The notes below the pieces were generated by a model, which saw nothing but the letters and a program-made list of their open reading frames with translations, was not told the origin of the DNA and made no database searches. Both the position numbers and the translations under genes were made by a program. Below, piece after piece: positions 52,556 to 64,000 of a stretch of 64,000 nucleotides of DNA. Source of the stretch: Chrysomallon squamiferum (taxonomy: Eukaryota > Animalia > Mollusca); assembly GCA_012295275.1 (NCBI GenBank), contig CM022668.1, positions 12,462,001 through 12,526,000 of the forward strand, given 5' to 3'. The first letter of the stretch is position 1; the number at the start of each line of letters is the position of its first letter.

Positions 52556-54423
52556 AAGCATCTTAATGCCAGCCAGGATGTTACATAATATCCTGAAATA
52601 TCCTACATTCCTGTTTCATTCACTTGACTAAAACCCCCCTGTAGCTATTTAATAGTCTTCTCCCTTTTTTTTCTTTCTACATACATCTAAATTTAGGTTA
52701 CATAAGTTGTTCTGTGTGACAGCACCGTTTAGTAATATTGAATAATACTGCAGTAATATTGTATAATATTTCAAAAATATTTCAGTGATTTTTAGATAGT
52801 GTTACAATAACCTACAATGTTAGTACAATGATACGGTTTAATGTTATATAATATTTGATTAATTTTGAACAATATTACAGTATTATTATATATTACTGCA
52901 CTGATATTGTATATTATATAGTACTTTACTCATTTTGAACAATATTACAGTATCATTTTATATTACTGCCACTATATTGTATAATACTATATAATGCTGT
53001 GTTCATTTTGAACAATATTACAGTATTATTATATAATAATGCACTGATATTGTATATTTTGCTAATTTTGAACAATATTATTGTATATTATTGCCACAAT
53101 ATTGTATAATCCTACATAATACAGAACTCATTTTGAACTACATTACAGCAATATTATTATATAATACTGCAATGATATTGTAGATTATTGTACAAGAACC
53201 AACATGAAGATACAATATTACAGCAGTATTATTATATAATACTGATTTGATATTGTATAATATTGTATATAATAACCAACATGGATTAGATATGAAGATA
53301 TATATCTCTTGACTCACAATAAAAACATTTTAAAAATGACACATATTTATCTCCCTAAGGTTTTTCCGGTGAAAAACTGTACACAGACACTACAAAGGAC
53401 AGAAGTTCATTACCATGACGTGATGTTTTTTATTTTCATGACGGGAATCAGTGTTTTTTTTTTTTGTTTTTTTGTTTTTTTTTTTTTTTTTTTTTTTTTT
53501 TGGTCGTTAAGTGTAATATTACTGTTGAAACAAAAGGTTTTGGTGTGTTAACCTGTTGTACAATGTTGTAGAATGTTCTACAGTGTGGTACAACATTTTG
53601 TTTAGAGAATGTTGTACAGTGTGGTACAGTGTTGTACCATGTACCTTTTTTAAAATGAAAAGTATTGGTGAAGTGTCAGTAGAATCTGCTCTTTCAGGAA
53701 TTTTGAATGTAAATAAAAATATTTTAATGTATTTTGTCAAAGTATAAAGGTTATTCATGATTTATTAATATTAATTTTGAAGTTATGGATCCGAATTGAA
53801 ATTTAGTCGAAAAATATAATAATAATCAAGAAGTGATTTTAATTATTTATTCAATTATTATACATTATTAATTATTCAAGAAAAATAAATAATTGAAATA
53901 GTAATAGTAATAATAATAACAATAACAATAATAATAATAATAACAATAATAATAATAACAATAACAATAATAATAATAATAATAATAATTTCAAGAAACC
54001 ATTTTATTTACAGCCAAACTTTCTATTTCCAGAAAGAAAAAAAACAAACATTTACAAAACTAAAAACCATTTTACTTAATTCATGAAACCCAAATAATTA
54101 TAATAACCCAAAACAGTTATATAAAATTTAATTTAATTCAAAAAATTGTATTAACTGAATGTTTATTTAGTTTCTATCAAAACCAAATAATCAGTGAAGT
54201 AAAAAAAAAAAAAAAAAAAATGTTTTTGACTGAATAAGATTTATAAATAGAAACTGTTTTCCTTTTTTTTTTTCTGCAGTATAATTTTTCATGCAGCTTG
54301 ACACATCTAATACTCATAAAATATTTTATTAGGCCACGTAATGTGCACATACACATTTTTTATTTGAATATCTGCCTTCAGCTCATAGTATTAAACATTA
54401 ATATTCATGTGAAATAACCAGTT

Positions 54424-54474
<51 letters not shown>

Positions 54475-55991
54475 ATAATTAAAATTTATTCATTATTGAA
54501 ATTGACGTTTCAATCTTTGATAACACATTCGTTTTAATAAATAATAATAAAGAGAAAAAGGTCCTGTTTACTTAAAACAAGATGATAATAATAAAATAAA
54601 AAATGTCTCACACACACAGACATAAAACTATATTTATATTATTTATAATAAAGACATAATGTATTATTTTTCAATACTAATACTATATATTAATTTATTA
54701 TTTAAACTGGTTCAAAGTTAATTAATTAATTAATTACTTTATTTATTTATTTATTACTATATTATTTATTTATTTATTTATTATTTATTTATTTGTTTAT
54801 TTATAACTATATTATTTATTTATTTATTTATTTATTTTTAAAATAAAATCACAACATACCTTTCAGTCAGCAAAAAATTCCTCCAGACTAAATCACCTCA
54901 GATGTTTGGGGGTTGTCGGCAACAAATGTCGTCTGCTTCAAGTTTCCCGCGTATTCAGTGTGGTTTCTGAGGACTTTCCCCAGCTCAGTGTCATTGTGTA
55001 ACAACACATCAGTCGCGATACATACACATCTGTGTGTAACGCACAACATAATACCGATGCTTGATGGGTAACATAAACCATAATATTAAATGCCTGGTGT
55101 GTAATAAAAAGATGCTATCTGTTTCCTTCTAAGCGATATATATATATATTATATACATTCGGGGATTTCGGCGTGTGATATCAGTCGATCTTTCCTGGAA
55201 TTTCTCGTGTGTAATACGGCCAGTGTTTACCTTTATTTCTCATCATCAGTGTAATGTGTTGTGTCTGTCTCTGCTTGTGTTATGCAGGCGGTGTTAATAT
55301 CTGTGTTGTTGGAACGTAGTACAAGCCCATGCAATACCAGCGATACTGGCCATGTTATACCAACGGTATCGTCACTGCTATAGGTGGGTCAAAGCATGCG
55401 TCGTCAGTTGAGATAAAGGATAGTTATTTCGCTTGTGATGATTGAGTGGTAATATGTACATACATATGTGTTTAAATAAAAAATGCTGCAGTGATGTTGT
55501 GTGATGTACATGGAGGTATGATGTTAAATACGTTGTGGAGTTATTTAGTTAATTGTTGTTTTTCTTTCGAAGATTTGTTGCTGTAATTCTTTTTCTCTCT
55601 CTCTCTTTGTTTGTGATTACAAAAGGAGAAGGAATTTAATAATTATTGTTGAATATTCGTCAGGATTTTGTGTTTAGAAAAGTTCTGTTGGATAACTTCT
55701 TGGATTATATTTTGTGTGTGTATTGTTTTATTTTTTTTGTTTATTTATTTCTCTGGTTATATTTGTGAGTAGAAAAGTTTAAATATTTACTGAATTACTG
55801 TAATATTAAGAATAGTTTGTTAAATTTGTGGTTATTAAGTTTTGAATATTCACATAATCATTTTCTCTGGATTACAAAAATCATAAAATATTTGTCTTTC
55901 ATTTTGTGAATATTAAAGTTTTTAAATTTTTTGTTTATATTACTGTATTGAAAACATTTCTATTTTTTATTACAAAATAACAATAATAACT

Positions 55992-56023
<32 letters not shown>

Positions 56024-56376
56024 TAAAAAAAAAAAAATAATAATAATAATAATAATAATCATAATCATAAAAGCAATAAAATAATAATAATAGTTTATTT
56101 ATCTATTTCTCTGGATTACTATATCCTATTAAATCAAACCAGATACCAATTCATGAGTACAAATATAAAATTTCTTCTGTTACCAATTTCTTTGAATTAA
56201 TACAACCAAAAATTACTGGTCTCTCTTTCTCTTTCTCAGTTTGTGATTGGAAAATACTAATTGTTCTGTCGCCATTCCTGGGGGATTATCCCATTCCAAA
56301 CAATCCATTAATCAAACTTCTACATTGACTGGACTTGTTTTGTTTAATGAAGTGAAATGACAACCGTTTTCAAAGG

Positions 56377-56409
<33 letters not shown>

Positions 56410-56640
56410 AATAATGACACCTGGTTTATGCAGGTAAAAATGGCACCTGGGTTGTTTCATCAACAACAAAAAAAAAGAAACATACAAAGAAAGAGCAGAT
56501 TTATTTTCTAGATTTTATCTAGTGACAAGTATTAGATAAGTTTTATTTTTGCTGAGCATGTTATTTTTTTTTGACGGTGGAATGCAATTTGTAAGAATTT
56601 AATAAAAAAAAAAAAAAAAAAACTTTGATCTACAACCAAA

Positions 56641-56698
56641 ATGAGTGCTAACAGTGAAACAGGAAAGGTGTACAGATCTTCAGTCTTGATTCAAATAG
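56641..56698 (+). CDS. Candidate first coding exon (MSANSETGKVYRSSVLIQI), phase 1
   Basis: aaaATG context, 19 codons + 1 nt, consensus donor TAG|GTAAGT; acceptor probably beyond the window. Confidence 0.5.
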
Positions 56699-57069
56699 GT
56701 AAGTGTGTCTTGTTTAAGATTTATTTTTATTTTATTTATATATTCATGTCATTATTTTTATTTACATATTCATATCTTTACGTTATTTACATATTCATTT
56801 CCTTATTTTATTTATATATATTCATTTCATCGTTTTATTTATCTATTCGTTTCATCATTTTATTTATATATTCATTTCATTATCTTATTTACTCATTAGT
56901 CTATTTCATTTCATTTTTATTTAAAATGAAATTAAAGTTATCTCTTTTAAATTATTTATTTCACTTAAAATCATTTTCTGTGTATTCTAATTATCATAAT
57001 TATGTATGCTATCGGTATTTCATAGTATTTATAAATAGTATTCCAAAAATGGTATATGTACACTGTATT

Positions 57070-57745
57070 TAAGACAATGATGGTATTTGTAAACAGTATT
57101 TCAGACAATGATACAAGTAAACAGTATTTCAGACAATGGTACATGTAAACAGTATTTCAGACAATGGTACATGTAAACAGTATTTCAGACAATGACTGAA
57201 CATGTAAACATAATTTCAGACAATGATACATGTAAACAGTATTTCAGACAATGGAACATGTAAAAAGTATTTCATACAATGATACATGTAAACAGTATTT
57301 CAGACAATGATACATGTAAACAGTATTTCAGACAATGATACATGTAAACAGTATTTCATACAATGATACATGTAAACAGTATTTCAGACAATGGAACATG
57401 TAAACAGTATTTCAGACAATGATACATGTAAACAGTATTTCAGACAATGATACATGTAAACAGTATTTCATACAATGATACATGTAAACAGTATTTCAGA
57501 CAATGATACATGTAAACAGTATTTCAGACAATGATACATGTAAACAGTATTTCAGACAATGATGGAACATGTAAACTATTTCAGACAATGATACAAGTAA
57601 ACAGTATTTCAGACTATGATACAAGTAAACAGTATTTCAGACTATGATGGTACAAGTAAACAGTATTTCAGACAATGATGGAACATGTAAACAGTATTTC
57701 AGACAATGATGGTATTTGTAAACAGTATTTCAGACAATGGAACAT
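57070..57745. repeat. 28-bp minisatellite (atacatgtaaacagtatttcagacaatg)
   Basis: More than 20 tandem copies. Confidence 0.96.
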
Positions 57746-57854
57746 TAGACAATGAAAACAATTGTAAGTTGTAAGTATTTCCGACAACAATATTTGTAAA
57801 CAGTAGGTATTTCAGACATTAACATTTGAAAACTAGGTATTCAGACAGTGGCAA

Positions 57855-58360
57855 TATTTGTAAACTGCCAGTATTTCTGAAAATGATGGTATTTGTAAAT
57901 TCTGTATTTTAGACAATGATGGTATTTGTAAACTGCCAGTATTTCTGAAAATGATGGTATTTGTAAATTCAGTATTTTAGACAATGATGGTATTTGTAAA
58001 CTGCCAGTATTTCTGAAAATGATGGTATTTGTAAAATCAGTATTTTAGACAATGATGGTATTTGTAAACTGCCAGTATTTCTGAAAATGATGTTATTTGT
58101 AAATTCAGTATTTTGGACAATGATGATATTTGTAAACTGCCAGTATTTCTGAAAATGATGGTATTTGTAAATTCTGTATTTTAGACAATGATGGTATTTG
58201 TAAATTGCCAGTATTTCTGAAAAATGATGGTATTTGTAAATTCAGTATTTTAGACAATGATGGTATTTGTAAATTGCCAGTATTTCTGAAAATGATGGTA
58301 TTTGTAAATTCAGTATTTTAGACAATGATGGTATTTGTAAATTGCCAGTATTATGAAAAA
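57855..58360. repeat. 68-bp dimeric (35+33) repeat related to the 28-mer array
   Basis: Alternating atgatggtatttgtaaactgccagtatttctgaaa / atgatggtatttgtaaattcagtattttagaca. Confidence 0.93.
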
Positions 58361-59613
58361 TGATGAAACATATTTGAAACACTTCATTCCAGGAGGTGAA
58401 TGACTCAGGGTTTGTCTGGTACAAACAGGGTATCATAATTTTTGTCATTACTTGCTAATAAAGTGCTGTATTCCACCAGAAACAATCTCCAGTTCCTATA
58501 ATACAAGATCAGACTTTAAAAATTTTACATTAAAAAAGTTCTTTACTGTTGCAAAATAATTTAAAAAATATCAATAATGTGGAGTAATTTTTCTTTGTTT
58601 TTGTAACTCTAATTTGAATTTTTGGTTTAATTAAGATTTCATTGCTCGAAGTTCAATCATAACAATGCATTAAAATGGCTGACTCATTTTGTCATTGGTG
58701 TCATTAGATGCTTACAAACACATGCATTTGATTTCCAATATTTGTATATAAAATAATGGTTTAAAGATTTCCACTATTTTAGGTCTTAAAAATATGTATA
58801 CTAATATTGTACCCCTTTAAAATGTGCATTGTGTGTGTGTTTGTGTGTGTGTGTTAATATACATCTTGTTTTCTCTATCTCTTTGCAAAATAATTTTTCC
58901 ATACCATATCACACCACAGTGACACAAACTCCAAAATATCATTTTTCTACAACTGTTTTTTCATAAAAATACATGTCTCATCCATATTTTATCATTTTTC
59001 TTTTTTTCTACAATGGAATACACACATGCATTTACATACAAACTGTCTCAAACACACACATACCCCAACCCAGACCAACTCTTGTTCTTCTGAAAAACTC
59101 TCCTTTGCTCACTCCCCCTCACTCTCATTTGTTCACTGCTCACTCCCTCTTTTTCTCAGACTCTCCTTCTCTCTTGCAAACTCTCCTTCTTCTCTCACTC
59201 AAAGTTTCCCCTAATAAGATGCCTATGAATGTATAGATATGTCTATATAAGATATGAGAAACCTTGGTACAAAAGCCTGTTTGAACAAACTCAGACCTAA
59301 ACATGCAATGAAAAGGAAAGCTGGCTGTTTGCTTTTCAGCAGATAACCCTTTGTGGGATCATGGATGTTTACAAAGGGTATGTCATTTGGCACATCTTAG
59401 ATTTAAACTTGTGTTAGCCTTAATACCAATCAGAAATATCATTTGTGTCAGCAAAAATAAAAATAAATAAAAGAAGAAGAAGAAAAAAAGGTTTGAGATT
59501 TGAAACAGAACATTTTGCTTTTTCTTTGTCATTTCAAAGCTGAGATGTTCAGTTAAAAATATATTGAAAATATTATTATTATATGGATTTATATTAATTT
59601 AATGGTGTGTGTG

Positions 59614-59699
<86 letters not shown>

Positions 59700-59775
59700 G
59701 GGTTCTTAATAAGAAAATTATATGTATATATTTTAGTGGTATTCAGTTTGTATTTCTTTTTTTTCACAGACACTA

Positions 59776-59808
<33 letters not shown>

Positions 59809-61460
59809 TACATACATACATACATACATATTTAAATATATATGCACAGACATACAAACACACACAAATATAGTCACTGTTTGTAAAAGCCATGTTTTAC
59901 ACATCATTTAATACATTATCAAATCATAATGAATATATAGATGTTAAACCATGCAGGCATCACTGCATACTTAAACAATGCTGACAGTATGAATTTCATA
60001 TGTGCATTTTCTAACACATAAATAATTTAGTGTCAAAATGTATTAGTTTCATAATGTTTGCCTGTATGTTTTTAAATAACTTATTTCAGTATAATAATAA
60101 AAAGGAAAATAAATTTAAAAAAACACAACAAAATAATACTGAATATAAAATTAACTGTGATTAAATGACACTCATATATGTAACTATATATATACATACA
60201 ATGATTTAGTAATTATTATGTATATAATACATTATATGTCATTATATATATATATATATATGTATGTATATATATATATATGTGTGTGTATATATATCTA
60301 TATCTTCATACACACACACATACATAATACAATAGTTATGATTAATTAACCATCACATATATAATTTATGTCACAGTATCAATCAGTATATAACAACTAC
60401 ATAAATCATATACTTAACATGATAATCTGAACAGCACAGTGATAAACACATTAGCCTTAAGGCCTGAGTGAACTGTGACTCTGAAATACAATGGGATGCG
60501 GGATCTATCCTTGGATTATCTACTTAATTGTTACATTCTGACCACAATATATCAAACATCAGAATACATAAATCTGTCAGCCAAGTCATGCTTGTAAAAG
60601 GATATTTGCTGCTAACTGGTTAAAAGCACAACAGCATGATAGGGAAATTCTTTTTTAAATTATCACAAACCAAGTCATTTTAAATAGCAGTCTTTTAATA
60701 TTATATATATTTGTTTATTATTTGTTTTTTATTGTATTGAAATCTAGCCTTTATTTGAAATATATCATTTTGTATCAAATTATTTTTGTTAACACAAACC
60801 AACCTTTGCTAACAATAAAATATGGGAATAAAATAACATTTGTCCATGAAATGGTTTCCCTGCAAAATTTGGAATATATTTTATAATTATTCTCAAAATG
60901 ATTCTTGTTTACACAAAAAAAAAAAAAATTGGCTTTGAATAACAAGGCATGCAACATCATTTTCTTTCTTTCTTATAAACTCTAGGCTCCTTTTCATACA
61001 AAGAAATTTAGAAAGATAAAAAAAAAAAGTGAGCTCTATTTCTTGTGTACTTGTTGCTCCATTTAATAGAAAGACATTAGAAGAAAGCCCATGTAATATG
61101 ATAGCAATGACAATTTTGTCAGTGATTTACCTGCCTATGTTACAGGTAAATTTGTAAAGGTTTGTTACACTTCACTCTAAACAAACATTGCTTTAATTTC
61201 CAAAATGTATTAATCATTTAGCCAAGTTTTATAGCTTTCAGAATTTTTTTTTTTTTTTTAAAAGAAAGACAAAACAGAACATGAGAAATCACATGGTTAT
61301 ATAGTTACATAAGGTATCATAGAAAATGAAATTAAAAGAAAATTTTTGGTGGGGTAAATAATCATTTAAAATTTGAAGAAGAATAAATGTTTATAGTTTA
61401 AAAAATATTTAAGGTAAATTTGAATACTGTTTTCTAAATAAAATAATAATAATAATAATA

Positions 61461-61506
<46 letters not shown>

Positions 61507-62002
61507 TACTATTATTTTATGCTCAAACTAGATTTCATAACTCAAATATCTATAATATATAAAATACATGTATTAAAATATAATACAAATTTAAAAACAT
61601 TTTTGAAATCTGATGTCTATGTATCAAAAAGAAAAATGGGAAAAAAAAAAAAAAAAATAAAAATTAAAATTTTTAAATTTTTCTTCCATTTAAATATACA
61701 TTTCTTCATAATACCTTAACGCATATTTGAGTGTCTTTGATCCCATATTTGTTATTTGCATTTTATTGTCTGCAAATAATTTAATTCATCTGACCTTTTA
61801 GTGCTTTGATATGGCATTTTTTTGTTTTTTTTACCTGTGGAATGTGAACCTAAACCAGGAATAATGCACTATACAAACAAACTACACAGCAAGTTAACAG
61901 GCCACAGTGACAAACGAAAACATTTGACAGATTTATTTTACACACATCATCAGTTGCGTGTGACATTCCAAAAACATGAGGAGAACTGAAAAAAGAGAGA
62001 GA

Positions 62003-62123
<121 letters not shown>

Positions 62124-63898
62124 TAGGGGGAAAGAAAGAGAGGGAAAGGAAGGAGGGAAAGGGAATGAGAAAAAAAGAGGGGGAAAAGAGGGAGGGAGAG
62201 AAAGGGAAAGTCAGAGGGAGGAAGGAAAAGAGGGAGACAAGGAATAAAGGGAAAGACAGAGGGAGGAAGGAAAAGAGGGAGACAAGGAATAAAGGGAAAA
62301 GAAAACATGAGAAAGATGGAAAGAATGATAGAGAAATAGAGATCAACTAATTGAAAGAGAGAAAGACAAACTAAATAGAGGCAGATATGATAGATTAATT
62401 GAAATAGAAGAAATTAAGATAAATACACACAGAAAGAGAGAAAGGGAGAAACAGATAATTTCTTGACTGTAATGTTATAATCTGCTAAAAATTTCTTAAC
62501 ATTTATCATTTTTTATCAAATATAACTTGTGAAACCTAACACAAACAACATTCAAGGTAGTCGAATCTTTAATATAAACATAAAAATAATTAGAAAACAA
62601 AATTATATAACAAGTATGTTTATTTTATTAATTCATTTCTGAATACACTACATTCAAAATAATCTTATATAATTATACTTTTTTTTATTCTTCCTTTCTT
62701 TTTAACTTTTTTTTAAACTGTGTACATTCAAAATAATGTTATATAATTATGTTACTTTCTCTTTTTTTTTTAACAGTTTATTTTTACCTGTGAACCAGAA
62801 ATGTAAACACTATACAGAATACCTGAATCTTTAATACAAACAGGAAAATAATTTATATAAACAAAGATGTTTTTCTTATGACAAGGTTCACTAGTAACCT
62901 TCAAGATTCTTCCATTGTTGTCAGTTCTGGAGATGACACCTAATCATTCAAGCAGAATGTCACTTTCATACAGTGGTCACTTGTTTGTCAAAATAATGGA
63001 CACACAAATAAAGATGTATCTTACAGTGATCTTTTTTTCCCTTCCTTCTCATCTATTTAGAGTAATGAAACATGCCAGATAAATCTAATTTGTCACAACT
63101 TGAAGACGTATAGGCATTTTGGTCTTCTAAATCACAACACTTTAAGAAATCATTTGGTAAATTTTGCATGTTATCGTATCAGTTCAACAGAAGTTTCAAA
63201 GAAAATCATCACCTGATTTGGTAATTATATATACGTTTTTAATAACTCTGTGGTTCATTTGTTTCATTTCAGTTAAGTATCTAGAAACTATTAAAAAGTC
63301 TTCTATAATTTACTGAAAAGTAATACACATTAAACGATTAATATTGTAAATTTTTGGACTTAATTATTTTTGATTGACATTTTAGTTTAGAAATCTTCCC
63401 AACTAGCAGGATATTATAAAAACCATTTAGAAATGTCAATGGTAACAACAGTGAATTTATTCTTGTAAACTGTATGATTACAGTATGGCAAAGAAAGTAT
63501 TACAGACATAATTATAACAAAATTAAAATACATGGCCAAAATTTCTATTGATAATCCATTTCAAACGGTTGGAAATTTGTTCACATCTACTGAATCAATA
63601 AACTTAAGTTGTCTGAACAACACTGTGATTGTGGTTGATATCAGGAGGGTGTCAAATAGTCTTACACATTCCCAAATTAGCTTTATTAGCTTTAATTAGC
63701 TATAGAGTGTGCACTAAGAACCTACTGAACATAAGGCATGTGATATAATCACTGAATTTATTTATTTATTTATTTATTTATTTTATATACGCATCCATAA
63801 ATGAAAATAAACAAAATAACAGTTATGCATGCTGTTGTATTAGGTTTTAAGCACAAAATGTTTCTGTTGGCAGTAGTTAGTAGGAACTTTATTATTAT

Positions 63899-63955
63899 TA
63901 GCTCTGTTGGCAAAGATTTGGATTCTAATGTTGGTAATCCTGGTTTAACTCCTTT
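63899..63955 (+). mobile_element. Degenerate tRNA-like/SINE head
   Basis: tagctctgttggcaaag (A-box-like) ... ggtttaactcc (B-box-like); no intact cloverleaf. Confidence 0.35.
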
Positions 63956-64000
63956 CATTTGGGTTTAACAGTATAACTTATCAAGTTTTGGTACATCAGT

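Noticed and set aside
63899-63955. Functional tRNA gene
   Set aside because: A and B boxes are degenerate and no acceptor stem is visible; treated as a SINE remnant

Overview
This is very AT-rich, microsatellite-saturated animal genomic DNA, not prokaryotic. Degenerate tRNA-derived SINE remnants and the gene family are compatible with an invertebrate such as a mollusc (inference). Bases 1-15040 hold 18 GT-AG exons (+ strand, phases consistent) of a giant muscle-type protein. They encode 8 I-set Ig domains (the first partial), one half-Ig and an acidic 8-aa repeat linker. The last Ig resembles smooth-muscle MLCK (MYLK) / stretchin-MLCK / titin-family Igs. Three coding frameshifts are present, each repairable in a short homopolymer, probably long-read assembly errors. 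After a ~23.8 kb intron, a phase-1 terminal exon (38810-39885) encodes an MYLK-like FN3 domain and, instead of a kinase, a ~260-aa Ser/acidic tail ending in a PDZ-type motif (-STL). The long intron and downstream region contain several ATG-initiated exon candidates, notably a phase-matched MGANQS (N-myristoylation) exon just upstream of the FN3 exon. They also contain a cluster of RFX X-box motifs, a possible 3-exon antisense nested transcript and many minisatellites. Nearly all other ORF-track entries are microsatellite artefacts. All identifications are by eye; no searches were run.
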